Assembly (NCBI GenBank): GCA_964016885.1 | Contig: OZ024740.1 | Span: forward strand, 297,166,001 to 297,230,000 | Origin: Eledone cirrhosa | Taxonomy: Eukaryota | DNA: 64,000 bases | Direction: 5' to 3' | Shown here: piece after piece, positions 12,582-27,950 of the stretch | Position numbering within the stretch: the stretch's first letter is position 1 | Layout: each line of letters opens with the position of its first letter | The notes under the pieces: model-generated | The model's database searches: none | The model's input: the letters and a program-made list of their open reading frames with translations, nothing else | Told to the model about the DNA's origin: nothing | Made by a program: the position numbers and the translations under genes

Positions 12582-14322
12582 ATTTCTTTATTAGCCACAG
12601 GGGCACAAAAGAAGGGGACAAATACAAAGGGGGAAGTTTACATACAATAAAAACGTGTAAAATGTTATCACAGATGGAATTTAAAAGTTAGTCGATTTTC
12701 CCCAATAGAGGGAGACAGTTTATATGGGTAACACAGACCCCCGAAAAAAATGTGCAACCCTCATCTCCAGGAGTACGAAGAGCTTGTACTCCTTTCCTCT
12801 CCTCCTCCTTTTCCTCAACCTACAGGCTGATATAGAGAGAAGGCCCATTCACTCGGGCCATTCTCGCCACTTTCACCCACCTTTCATAAAACTTGCTGGG
12901 GTACAGCACCTCTCTCTCCATCCTGATTCTTCTTCCAAAGTGGTATTTGAAAAAAAGAATCAGTTGTTGGCCGGAGAGAAAGGTGTCTGACCTCAGCCCT
13001 TTCAACCTTGTCCACCATACAACCTCTTTCGCCATAGCTATCACACAAAGGAAAACCGCCTCTCCTTCGTTTTTGAAGGAGGGTGGCGGTTTGATCATGA
13101 CAATGGACTCGGTGGTCAACTGGATTGGTCCCACCCGCGACAATAGTCGTTCCACATAGCCCCACAGGTCAGTGACGCCCGGGCAGTGTATGAATGCGTG
13201 CGCGACGGTTTCTTCGTCTCGCACGCACCTCGGACAGATCTTTTTTGCAGGGTCCCTGCCCGGGCGCCCATGTCTGTAGAGCTTGTCTCGAACTGGTAGA
13301 GCTCCTCGGTAGCACTGCCAGGCCAGGGACTTTTGGAAGTTGTCCATCGGTCCCGGGCGGAAGGTCCTACCGAACAGACTGGCCAGTTCATCTTCCTCCA
13401 CGCCTAGAGTTTCACCGAGCGCGTCGTCGCACTTGCTGCGGACCAACCCTCTATAGAATGACGAAGTGGAGTCTCCACTGATCGCCGGGTCCGCCTGCCA
13501 GAGGGCTGTGAGCGCCTGAGCACATTCGATGTGCCAGTCGCCCATTTTCCTCGGTCTCTGCTTGACCCAGGACTGCAGCTCGGTCAGCGAGACGAGTCGT
13601 GGGAAGGCTCGCCTCACGAACGGGGCCCACACCGGTTGTCCGGTGAGGAATACGTAGAGATGCCGCAGCCTGAGCGCGTGTTTGCGCATCGTCAACCACG
13701 GCATCCCCAGCCCTCCGTTAGAAGGGTGTTGGCAGCAGATGGATCTTCTTACCAAAGGAGCCCGCCTCTTCCAAAGGAATCGGAAGAGGGCGCGCTCCAT
13801 TTTGGCGAGCGTTTTGGCTGGACAAGGCACGACGGTCAAGCGGTAGTAGATGGCGGACGCTATAAAAGTGTTCGCCACCTCCGCTCGACCTTTCAAGGAT
13901 AGTTTGCACTCGGCCCACTTCTGGGTGAGTGCAAACACCTTGGCCGTCACTTCGTTCCAGTTCTTCTCCACCTGGAGGTCCGGACCAAACCAGACCCCGA
14001 GCAGCTTTACCGGTCCTTCCGTCCAGCGTCCGACGACGCCATCGGAAGGCATCGGTCTGCCTCTCCACGATCCGAGTTGCAAACCGATGGACTTGTCCCG
14101 GTTCAGCTTCGCTCCTGTGAGACTTTCGTATTCCTTTAGTAAGGTGCCGACTTCCTCGATTTGCGAGGCGCTCGACACCATTACTGTCACGTCGTCGGCG
14201 TAGGCCGACGCCGCTTTCCGCAGTCCCGGTTCCAGAGGGATGCCCTGCAATAGCTCCAGCTTCCGCAGTAGTGGCTCGAGAGTCAGTACGTACAGAAGGG
14301 AGGAGAGAGGGCATCCCTGTCG
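12582..14322 (-). mobile_element. 5'-truncated Tx1-clade LINE (RT C-terminus + zinc finger) in S-crystallin intron
   Basis: Open ORF 12820-14250+ with RQGCPLSP, AYADDVT and CPRC...HAFIHC. 3' end GTGGCTAATAAA. Flanked on both sides by (GATA)n. Confidence 0.93.
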
Positions 14323-15614
14323 AATGGATAGATAGATAGATAGATAGTAATAATGTCCTTGGACAAATGTTCCATCTGCTCTAAAAATGGATCAGTCTGA
14401 TTGTGAAATTAAGATGTTAGTCTCTGAGCATTCCACAGACACGTATCCCTTAACATAGATCTCAGCGTGATATAATGTGTGACAAGGCTGGCTACTTGAA
14501 TTACTGGTACACCCCCTTTTGTTTGTTTGAGTGGACAAGAACATCGTGAAATAAATTGTCTTCTTGTTATTCTTCTTCTTCTGAGTCCTCAAACACTCAT
14601 TCAAGCGAGTACTGTCGGAAGCAACCGTTTACAACTGATCTGGCTGGATCCCCAAGCGAAACCAGCCGGACTCACGGAAATTGTAATGCTCAAAAGGAGA
14701 CAACGTGCCGAAGAGAATTGAAAACACGAACTTACGCTTGTAAGCCGAACAATATAATCACTAACCCACGCACCTTCACATTGTAAATCGATACATACAC
14801 ATATAGAATTCGAAACTGTATTGCACCAGCTTAGACGTGAAATTTTGCATTCCGACGGATTTTTAACGTTTTCATATGTTAATCTGTCGATGCAATAACT
14901 ACACAGTTTTCATAGCTTTAGGTTTCTGACTGGGAATGTTGTCTTACAATTATTCTTAAGCGGGTGCTTCAAATGAATTTGTTGAGCAAATTGTCAACAA
15001 CGAAATCGAAATCACTGGATATCGATCTAAACACTTATATATATATATTATAGGAATATATCTTTGATTAACATTACTATACATTACTATTAGACAGTTT
15101 TAATTTTGCGGAGAAACATTCAATTATAAAAATTGATTCGTATTTTTGAGATTTCAACCGACAAGCGATTCTTTAGGTTTCATATAGCGAAGCTTACACA
15201 TTTACTGTCTTATTCCAAATAGTGGAGAATATGTACCTGTATGTTACATGTGAATTATTTACGCCAGACACACATAACCTTATAACACTAATCGTTGGAT
15301 ATTAAATATCAAGTAGGGCTGAGAATACTGTTTGCTAGCAAACATGTATGCTTGTAATTATTCAATTTGATTTGTATATGTATTCTTTTACTTGTAAATT
15401 GTATTTAGGATAGGCGTATGTCAGTTAGTATCCATGAGTGTGGGAGAGAGAAAGAGAGAGAAAGAAAAAGAGAGAGGGAGGGAGAAAGAGAAAGAGGGAT
15501 AAAGAGAAAGAGGGAGAGGAAGAAAGAGAAAGTGAGAAACAGTCTATGTGTGTAAATATGTGCGCATGTAACCAGTTGGCGGGGGCCTCATTTAATATGA
15601 GTGCCATTACTTAC

Positions 15615-15815
15615 CATTCTGCTCTCGCTCATACCGTCACCATAACTGTCACCACGCATGTCACTGCGCATGTCACTGCGCATGTTGTCAGAACGCATAT
15701 CGCTGCGCATATCACTACGCATATCACTACGCATATCACTGCGCATATCACTGCGCATATCACCGCGCATATCGGAACGCATGTCACTGCGCATGTCAGA
15801 GCGTGTATCAAATCC
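15615..15815 (-). CDS. S-crystallin loop-insert exon B (201 nt, (S/G)DMR repeat)
   Basis: Acceptor ttttcag, GFDTR-(S/GDMR)x9-SDNMR-(SDMR)x2[13 protein letters not shown], donor GTAAGT. Phase 0-0, built from a 12-bp tandem unit. Confidence 0.9.
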
Positions 15816-15901
15816 CTGAAAAATAAAATAAGTCATATTGTAGAACAGAAACAAATATATGTGTATATTGATATCCAATCTACAGAGAGAGACAGAGAGG
15901 G

Positions 15902-16043
<142 letters not shown>

Positions 16044-16350
16044 CCATTGCTAAGAACTTCGCATGACAACCACACAATTCTGGGTTCAATGTGCCAGGTT
16101 TCTTATATACTCCGCCATCATATTCATGAATAATTTTTTGGGGAAATAAATCGTTTAGATCGACCCCAAAATTTAGCTGGTACTATATTTTATCTATCAG
16201 GAAAGGACAAAAGGGCAACGTTGACCTCAGTGGGTTAAAAGTATTTGGAAAGCATTCTAACACCTTTATAAAGAATTATAATAATTGTGTTATGTAAAGT
16301 ATTGACACTTATACACCTAGAATCTGAAATATTTGTAGAATTGTACTTAC

Positions 16351-16404
16351 CAGCTTGCTGTCCATATCACAATATTTCTGGCGCATGTCAGACATTTTGT
16401 CAAA
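16351..16404 (-). CDS. S-crystallin loop-insert exon A (54 nt)
   Basis: Acceptor gatttcag, FDKMSDMRQKYCDMDSKL, donor GTAAGT. Phase 0-0, Met/Asp-rich like the adjacent insert exon. Not in the ORF track. Confidence 0.85.
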
Positions 16405-16451
16405 CTGAAATCAATCGGAAAATAATATTATTTTGTAAAAATATTTTAGGC

Positions 16452-16525
<74 letters not shown>

Positions 16526-18002
16526 ATCGGAATTAAACCATTATTCAACAGAGTACTCGATACTTGGGATAGTACAGTATGACTATATTAGAAAGAGTTA
16601 AGCCCCGACAGCTGAGCTCTTGCCGTTTCGACAGCTTATTCCATATATATATATATATATTTATATATATGGTTACTTTTCTTCAAAACAGTTCGAGCAA
16701 TTCTTTCATTTGTAACGCTGTATTAATTTTTATTAACACATATTAGTTGTTCCCAAGCTGTGCGCCACAGTTCACTGGTACACTCTGAGATATAATTAGC
16801 TGTGTCACGAAAGGGCAAGATATAATTTCAAAATGTAAAATAATACACATTGAAATTCGTAACAAAGTTTAGATATAACTGTCAGAATGAAAATATTGCC
16901 AAATAACAAGTACATGTTTCTAATTGATAACTTTACTCTATTTATTGCATGCATACATGGTTCCGTGACCTCTGAGTGCGTAGTATGGGTGTCGTATGGA
17001 TATGCGGCGTTTCTAAGGCATTTTTAAACATGGCGGAGTCCATCCCTCTCCAGGCTGAAATACAGCAGATTTCTTCCAGAGAAGGAAAGTGAGAAAGAGA
17101 TATAAAGGAAGAATCGAGCACAGTACTAGACTGGTACTTCTTTCATCGACCTCGAGTGGATGAAAGATAAAGTTTACCTCGGTGGGATTCGAACTCATAG
17201 AGCAGAAAGCCGAAGGGAATACCGCGAAGCATTCTACCGGACGTTCTAATGGCTCTGCCAATTCATCGCATCTCCATTCATTGACTAAAGAAGAAACTAT
17301 AAATTCTTTTTCTGTATGTTTAATTGTCTTTCAAACATCTATTAATATTAATTATCTATTATGACTACCTCATGCTATGCTAATATGTATAAATACATCT
17401 TTTGAATACATTTTCCAATTCAGATACAAATTGAGATACAAATTGCACCAAAATAGTTTTGTTCTAAAGTACGCCGTGAATAAGAAAAACATGTTTGGAA
17501 GCTACGGGCTTTTATAGACGAATATGGGTTTGCTCCGTCTGATGGCTGCCGAATTTACTGCAGTGAGCGAAAATTTATTTGAATATAATATAAGATGCTA
17601 ATTCACGAAGGCAGCGAATTGCTTAATATCTAACACTTTAATTCTTTATTTAGTGTAAGATTCCAAATATGTCTTTAACTCTTTCATTATTACATTTCTA
17701 ATAAAATGCAATGACTATGATTTTCAAATAATTTGAAACATATTGAAGAATCTGAAGGGATTTAGTAACATAACTAACTTTCACATTACTAAGCTAGTGT
17801 TTGGAAAACAAATATTCTTATATAAAACTAAAATGGAAAGTATTTAGATTAATATAGACCAAGGTGTTGGTCCAGCATGGCCACAGTCTACTGACTGAAA
17901 CAACTAAAAGATTAAAAGAATTTAAAATAGTTTTGTATCATAGTACCAAAGAAGGTTTGGGGGGTGAGGGTGCTATCAAAAGTATTAAAAATCGTTACTT
18001 AC

Positions 18003-18118
18003 CATCATTCTTCCCTCTCTATCGTAATACATCCTCATGTAGTCATCCATGATGTCATAGAAGCAGTCAGCGATGTAGTCACATCTGGCCATTTCCATGT
18101 TATTTTTTCCATGGAATC
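18003..18118 (-). CDS. S-crystallin coding exon 3
   Basis: Acceptor tattgcag, (G)[38 protein letters not shown], donor GTAAGT. 116 nt, phase 1 to 0. Matches the GST/S-crystallin helix 4 region. Confidence 0.95.
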
Positions 18119-18269
18119 CTGCAATATAAAATTTGGATAGTCGATACTGATGTTCATTGCATCAAGGGTACGCATAATAGCGTTACCCATGTATTACTGA
18201 TTATGTTACTGGCACTGTCGAAAATTTCCTCTGTCATAAAGTTAGGCTACCTATTAAGATTATATTTAT

Positions 18270-18460
18270 AGACCTGCCAACCTCTAAAAACGCAAACGGG
18301 GTGCCATGAAAAAAGGTGCCCCAAAATGAGAAAACCCGAGGCAAAATGGGAAGATTTTACATAATGTAAGCTATACCCATTTTCACAAAAGCGGGGAGAC
18401 GGGAAGAAATGGGCCCAAATGGGAAGATCTCTCCGTCGGACTGGGAGAGTGACAGGTTTG
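18270..18460. mobile_element. MITE with AGACCTGCCAAC...GGGAGAGT(T)GACAGGT termini (related copy at 24494-24668)
   Basis: Imperfect terminal inverted repeats and two similar ~180-bp copies. Confidence 0.6.
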
Positions 18461-19257
18461 TATTTACTCCAATGTAGTTACCTAGCTTTTGGAAATAAAC
18501 GTAATCCGAATATTGTAAAGGAACATGGCTTAGCAGTTAGAATGTTTGGCTCACTATAGTAAAATCGTGAGCTCTATTCCCAGTGGCACATTGTTTCCTT
18601 GAACAAGACAATATATTTTACATTGTCCCCAATCTACTCAGCTGTATTTTAAAGAGCCAGCCATCTCACTCACTCTATCATAGTGAAATCTTGAGAACTA
18701 CATAAAGGATACACGTGTCTATGGAATGCTCAACCACTTTCACGTTCATTTCATAGGCGAGTTGTTTCTCGTTGATCACACAACTGGAAAACACGTCGTC
18801 AAAACCAACGGAGGTTCAAAAATAACAATCCGAATAAATGTTGTTTTTGTAATTTTTGCATGCTAACGACATTTAATTGTTGTGTATCTTTGTTAAATTA
18901 ATTTCAAACAAAACGTACTTGATTTTTTGTTGTATAGCCAAAACAATTGTTTCTACTTTAGGCACAAGGCCAGCAATTTTCTTTTGCGGGGCGGGGGGGG
19001 GGTCGATTAAATCGACCTCAGTTTGTTACTGGTACTGGTATTTTATTTTATCGACACCATAAGGACGAAAGACAAAGCTAATATCGGCGGGATTTGAACC
19101 CAGAACGTAAAGGACCATAACTCTATGATCCGAAGCATGGTGTTCGACGCTGTACCCATACTACTAATCCACCAATCAAAATAGTGGTTTCTAATTTATG
19201 TTACAAGACCACAAATCATTAATACCATAGGAAATGTGGTTTTTACCCAAATTATTT

Positions 19258-19457
19258 NNNNNNNNNNNNNNNNNNNNNNNNNNNNNNNNNNNNNNNNNNN
19301 NNNNNNNNNNNNNNNNNNNNNNNNNNNNNNNNNNNNNNNNNNNNNNNNNNNNNNNNNNNNNNNNNNNNNNNNNNNNNNNNNNNNNNNNNNNNNNNNNNNN
19401 NNNNNNNNNNNNNNNNNNNNNNNNNNNNNNNNNNNNNNNNNNNNNNNNNNNNNNNNN
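19258..19457. other. Assembly gap (200 N)
   Basis: Run of N between S-crystallin exon 1 and exon 3. Confidence 0.99.
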
Positions 19458-19608
19458 AGAGATACACATATAGTGGAGTAGTAGTAGTAGTAGTAATAGT
19501 AGTAGTAGTAATGATTTTTAATTTAGGCACAATGTCAGCAAATTTTGATGGCAGGGCAAAGTTGATTAAATCAACTTTATTTCATCGATCTCGGGATTCG
19601 AACTCAGA

Positions 19609-19644
<36 letters not shown>

Positions 19645-20358
19645 CCGTTTTATTGTAACAAATACTTTAGAATGATGAGTTACTCGTATAATGAAATGAT
19701 ATTGAAATTTTAAGAGTAAACCTATTTAGTTATAATACATAAACCTATTTAGTTAAAATACTTTGTTGATTTTTACCATCTCATACACTACATAGCCCTA
19801 ATAACAATTATTTCTAATATAGGTACATTACCAGAAAATCTTGTTGAAAGAACCGGTTGATTTGATCGACATCACTACAATGGGATAAAACACAATTTAC
19901 TACCCACAGCCCTTCCCTATTCTAATAAACCTTCCCCAAAATACCTAAGGCCACCGCTATAGGGAAAATCAAACAAAACCTTTTGACTTTTTTCAATCCT
20001 TGATCAGTACTTATTTTACCGACATCGAGTCCAGAAAATTAAAACTGAAAACGGAAAGGGACGTAACTACACCAAATAAGTTATTTTGTCCAACGCTTGA
20101 TTGTTACAATATTAATTTCTAACATACACAGACGATCTTAAATTTGAAAAGTGGAGTTATAAGTAATTATATCTAGCACCAGCTAGATCTACCCGTCTTT
20201 ACCCCTGTCCACTTTTTGCCATTACTTAATTTTGTTTTTATCCGTTTTTAATATTTCCATCATTGTATAAATTTTGCTTGTAAAATATCTTAATTATGAA
20301 ATAAACACAACTGTAAGAATGCTTACAAAGACTATATAAATGAAAGAAAAAAATAAAT

Positions 20359-20548
20359 AATTGTTTCTACTTTAGGCACAAGGCCAGCAATTACCCAGTG
20401 CATTACTGGTACTTTATTTATCGACCCGGTAAGGATGAAAGGCAAAGTCAACCTCGGCGGGATTTGAACTCAGATCGTAAAGGGACGTAACTATGCTGGA
20501 AAGCATGGCGTCCGACCCTCTACCGATACTGCCAATCCACCGCCCTTA
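20359..20548 (-). mobile_element. tRNA-derived SINE, representative copy (others at about 8752, 21140-21560, 26095, 27951, 32102, 40279-41066 and 56660-56930)
   Basis: Minus strand GGGCGGTGGATTGGCAGTATCGG (A box) ... GAGTTCAAATCC (B box) ... GTGCCTAAAGTAGAAACAATT(ATT)n. Near-identical copies throughout the window. Confidence 0.9.
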
Positions 20549-21603
20549 AAATAAATAATGAAAGTAAAGCGAAGGAGCATGGAGCGGCAGACCCTAAACT
20601 CCACTCTGGCCGGTATATTTCAGCTGCACACAGCGGCCAAAATAGCGAAAGTATTGCCGAAGAGAACAGCCATCGACACTTACAAAATTAGGAGGAAGGT
20701 TCCCTCTGAAAGACAGTGGGTAATGGAGCGTTTATCACAGGCTGTTCACCGTGTGGCATACTTGAGACATACCGCCTAGATAAGTGTGCAAAGTTTCCGC
20801 TTCCACTGTTTTTCCTTACTTATTTTCTTTCTCATTTTTTTTATTGTAAACATTATATATATTATCCTAATTGAAATTTGTTGAATAGACTTAGTGAAAT
20901 TAGAAATCAAAATGTATTGAAACCGTGATATTAATATAAATATATTTTAATTAGACACAAAGGCGAAGATTTGCGGCAAATAGTTAGTCGATTAAATTGA
21001 CTTCAGTATTTGGTTGTACTTTATTGCATTGGCCATGGAAGGATAAGAGGCAAAATTGATCATGACGGATTTGAATTCAGATCGTAAAGTACCATAACTC
21101 TATGCTGCAAAGCATGTTGTCTGATATGATGATAATAATAATTGTTTCTACTTTTGGCACAAGGCCAGCAATTACCCAGTGCATTACTGGATAATAATAA
21201 TTGTTTCTACTTTAGGCACAAGGCCAGCAATTAACTAGTGTATTACTGGTACTTTATTTTATCGACCCCGTAAGGATGAAAGGCAAAGTAAACCTCGGCG
21301 GATTTGAACTCAGACCGTAAAGGAACGTAACTATGCTGGAAAGCATGGTGTCCGACTCTCTACCGATACTGCCAATCCACCGATAGGCACAAGGCCAATA
21401 GTTTGGGGTTAGGGGAAAGTCGATTAAATCCAACCCAGTACGTTACTGGTACTTTATTTTATCGATCTCGTAAGGATGAAAGGCAAAGTTATCCTCTGCG
21501 GGATTTGAACTCAGACCGTAAAGGGCCACAACTCTATGCTGAAAAGCATGTTGTCTGACATGATGATAATAATAATGAAACAATAATAATTTATGTAACT
21601 TAC

Positions 21604-21736
21604 GGTTGCGCATGCTATTCCATTCGGAATATTCGATCCTGCGGTCATTGTACTGGACACCAGCAGCTGCAAAGAGCATACGGCAGACCTCAGCACGGCC
21701 ACGGTGGTTGAAGTAATGGAGAGTGTAGGAAGGCAT
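21604..21736 (-). CDS. S-crystallin (sigma-class GST-derived lens crystallin), coding exon 1
   Basis: Translates [44 protein letters not shown], the typical cephalopod S-crystallin N-terminus. ATG at 21736, 133 nt, phase-1 donor GTAAGT at 21603-21598. Confidence 0.96.
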
Positions 21737-21803
21737 GTTTGGTTGTTGTTGGGTGCTGTTGGTGTCTGACAAAGTGTTGTTCTTAGGAAAAGACTTGATC
21801 CAG

Positions 21804-21836
21804 GACTAAAACTTATGGAAAGATCAATATATATAG
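21804..21836 (-). promoter_or_regulatory. Core promoter of S-crystallin: TATA box plus initiator-like TTAGTC
   Basis: Minus strand CTATATATATTG (21836-21825) lies about 28 nt upstream of TTAGTC (21809-21804). This predicts a ~70-nt A/C-rich 5' UTR ending CCAAACATG. Confidence 0.7.
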
Positions 21837-22149
21837 TATCGCTTCATTCAACTACAGCCCTACAACCCCCTTTCACTCTTTCTATTCACGCTTAATCTCT
21901 CTACTGTCCTTTCTCACCACTCTCCTCATCCTTTCTCACAGACTACCTGCCTTTCATTCTTCCTCTCTTGCATTCGTTTTCTATCCTCACACTTCTCCCA
22001 CTTGTTTGCTATTGTCTGTTTGTTTTTCGTTTTTACTTTAATTTCCTATGTTTTTAAAATTTTATTTGAATTTGTTACAATTTGGTTCTCTGTATTTCGT
22101 TTATTTTATTTTATTTTATTTTATTTTATTTTATTTTAATTATCCGAAG

Positions 22150-24180
<2,031 letters not shown>

Positions 24181-25244
24181 TACAAGCTCGACTGATTACG
24201 ATGAGTTACATGTATAAAAATATATTGAAAATCTATGGAAATTAACTAATGAATAAAGCGTTAATGGGTCGCTAATTAGAATCTGCCTTGTAATTAGTCC
24301 CTTCGGTTGAGTGAACTTAATTGTTCTTACTTACTAGTAGCATTTCAGTTAACTGGGATGAAGGTTCTAGTTGAATGTTTGAAGAATTAAAAATTATTGA
24401 TTCAATTTTATTGACATTTAATCTCTATAATGGATAAACGTATGTTGTTATCTATTGATTCGCATTGCATATTGAATACGGTGGAACCCCAAAGCCTACC
24501 AACCTCTAAAAAACTCAAACGGGGAGTAACATGAAAAAAAAGTTCTCCAAAACGGAGAGAACAGCGACAAAATGAAAGTTATCCCCCTTTTCACAAAAGA
24601 AGGCATCTCTCACCCACCCCAAAATGGGTGGGATATCTCTTTGTCGGACGGGGAGAGTTGACAGGTCTGGTCTAGGTTTACATAGTTTTCAGAGTTTTTA
24701 TATTGTTATTCAATCCATGTGATCCAAGGAGACATGAGATCGGCTGGTTTTTGCATCAAGATCAATTGACTCTGGTTTCAATGTTTGTTGGTCGGAACCC
24801 CCACACAAGTATAATCTGGCCTCACTACCAATTAAAACTTCTCTTGTGGGCCTTAGCTAAAATAATAGACTAGCTAAATCTTGCCTGAAAATCTGTTGAT
24901 CTGAATCACAAGACCAGATCCATAGAATAGCTTTAGTAAGAACTTGTTAGGGTTGCCTATGACAGAGTTGCTGATAAATCTGACTACCACCCGAAGATCG
25001 ACGGAGTATATTTTCCTACAGACACTGTTCTATTGCATATGATATCGAAGGACATCCATCTAGTCATAACTTACTAATACTGGGATATAATGTTTTATAA
25101 CCATTTAGAATAGCAATACTAAATCCATTTTCTGTAAATGATTATTTCCTGGGGCTATGGTTCACAATGTGTAGCATGGGAAAATATCAAATATATGTAA
25201 GTATTTCATAAACGTTGAAAAACTTTTACAGGGTGGTGCCTAAC

Positions 25245-25503
25245 TACAGGGTAGGCCTGAATTCATAACTCACTAGATTATTTATAGATTATTTATAAAT
25301 AAAAAACATGTGAGACATATTAAGAGATAAAAATATAAGTTAAGAAACCTGTTAAGCATATTAAGAAATAAAATAATAAATTAAGAAACCTGCTAAGCAT
25401 ATTAAGAAATGAAATAATAAATTAAAACAATATAATAACAATAAAATAAGCATGCTAAGAAATATAACTAACAAGCGAGTCATGAATTCTGGCCCACCCT
25501 GTA
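25245..25503. mobile_element. Tc1/mariner-type MITE
   Basis: TA|CAGGGTAGGCCTGAATTCATAACTC ... GAGTCATGAATTCTGGCCCACCCTG|TA: inverted termini with TA target. Confidence 0.7.
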
Positions 25504-27083
25504 CATTGTCTTAGAATTATGGAAGCCTACTACGTGATCTGCTAGTTATTTACACATAACATCTATGTGAACGGAGACAATTTAATATACAATGCTAGAA
25601 ACAAAATAATTTGAACTCACGACCTACAAACTGATAGTCTATTACCATACCTCCTATGTCATGAAATCATATGTTACAGGATATTAAAGCGAAACACATG
25701 TGATCCTTGAGTTCTTTTGTTTGTAATTGTGTTCTGGTAATTAACATGCTGAAGTTCAACTTCAATATCGATCACATCTACTCGCAAGTTTAACATAAAA
25801 AAAATGCTCGTTATCCAAACTTTCTCTCACTAAATAGTTATGTACAATATATGGATCTTTCCCTCCAGTATTTGTGTTGTTGGAGCTGTTAGAGGAAATG
25901 CATAGCCGATTTGATCAACCGTAAAACTTGACTGGTACTTATTCTATCGATGAAAGGGATTTGAACTCAAAACTCAAAAAGTATTTTATCTGGGGCTCTA
26001 CTGACCGTCGTACCATCTATTTCTCTCTACTCTATTGATTAAATACACACTTCTAATACGGGAAGATGAATCAACTTTCGTATAATGATGATTTCTACTA
26101 TAGGCATAAGGTCAACAATTTTTTGGGCAGGGGAAGGTCGATTGAATCGACCCCAGTACGTTACTGGGGCTTTATTTTATCGACCCCGTAAGGATGAAAG
26201 GCAAAGCTAACCTCGGCGGGATTTGAACTCAGAACGTGTCGTAACTCTATGCCACAATGCCGTAACTCTATACCACGGTGCCGTAACTCTATGCCACGAT
26301 GCAGGGTGTCCGACGCTCTACCGATACTGCCAATATACCGCCATTATCGACCCCATAATGATGAAAGGCGAAGCTAACTGCCAAGTAGATAATAATAACG
26401 AAATCTCTATGTAAGTAATGTAAGTAAATCTCTATGTAAGTAAATTGACGAATCTTTCGTAGATTGTCCTACTCTCTTTATATCGTCCTCAATCCTTAAC
26501 TATATTTGTGTATACACTTTAGAGGGCTATTGAATCAGCCTGACTATTCTTGTATCCCAACAACTGAAAATCCCAATGGTTAGGAAATTCACCAGGTAAA
26601 AATGTTTTGAATTTTTAGCTGTCGAATGATAAATTCTTTTACATTCTATCTACCTTATAACATTGAGGGGGAAAATCTATGTATGGGCTGGTGAGGAAAA
26701 GAACCAGTTGAGCCATATTTTTACTGATTAAGCTTCGATACTTTGTTGAAAGTATAATGCTTCACCAGGCTCACTAACACACACGGTGCTTTTATGTAAT
26801 ACTAGACCACCCGTGACCCGTTCGGTCACTTCAAAATATTTTTTTTAAATCCTGTTCACTTAAGAATAATTTTTAAATAATTAAAATATACACAGACATG
26901 TATATAATGTGAAATGAAACTGGAAGGCCCATATATATACGTGTATGTGTATATATAAATGTGTGTGTGTATATATATATATATATGTGGGTGTCTGTGA
27001 TCTATATACACTGGTCATAGACACACACACACACATACACGCACACACACATATATATATATATATATACATACATACACACA

Positions 27084-27119
<36 letters not shown>

Positions 27120-27479
27120 CACAACATCACCAGCTCTCTCTCTCTTCCATTCTCTTCTCTCTCCTCTTCCATTCTCTTCTCTCTCCTCTCCCCCTCTCTA
27201 TGTCTCTCTTTCAATCTACTCTCTCACAACCACTATCTCTTTCTCTCTATCTTTTTCTCTCTCCCTCTCTATTGATGAAGGTACCCGGAAAAACCCCATA
27301 TCTCGGGAACTCGTGTTCCGATTTACGCGAAACTTGTTTTATTCCATTTGTATTCTCATTTCACGGTTAACTTCCTTTCAAAGTATTTTCCCATTATGCG
27401 CCCTTTTGGCTGTATTACATTACAGACAAGTAAGCAATCACAGAGTTTTAGTAGTATATAGATATGTATGCTTTTTGTC

Positions 27480-27950
27480 AGTGTTCATGACACATCCGTT
27501 GAGGAGAATGAAGTCAATTGTTGCTTTTAATAGCCTCACAAAGAAGATTAATGGCACATTCGCCCGAATGCTGAAAAAGGTCCAGATGATATCCTGGAGA
27601 ACACACGTAGCAAAGGAATCGATCTACAACTCAGACCTTCACTTTTCTGACACCATATGGCGTAGGAAGCTCGCATTAGCTGGATGTGTGAAATGTCACA
27701 AAGAACCTGTTGGCAGAGACCTTTTATAGAAACCTGATGAGTGCAGATGAGTTGGAAAACCAACCAGAACGCTGAAGTATATTCTTGAAGATGACACCGA
27801 GCTGGAGGCAGGGTAAATTCAGATAGGTTGAGCTGGAGGAAGAACATCGTCATGGCACCAGCAACGGATGTGTAGAAGAAGAAGAAGAAGAAGAAGAAGA
27901 AGAAGAAGAAGAAGAAGAAGAAGAAGAAGAAGAAGAAGAAGAAGAAGAAG
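27480..27950 (+). mobile_element. 3' fragment of RTE-like LINE with (AGA)n tail
   Basis: LTKKINGTFARMLKKVQMISWRTHV...RRKLALAG resembles an RTE C-terminus and ends in an AGA repeat. Confidence 0.7.

Noticed and set aside
21737-21772. Upstream extension [12 protein letters not shown] of the crystallin ORF
   Set aside because: It begins at a non-ATG codon within the predicted 5' UTR; homologs start at MPSY.
21841-21852. TGAATGAAGC as the AP-1/ARE element known from squid S-crystallin promoters
   Set aside because: It does not match TGA(C/G)TCA or TGACnnnGC well enough to call.
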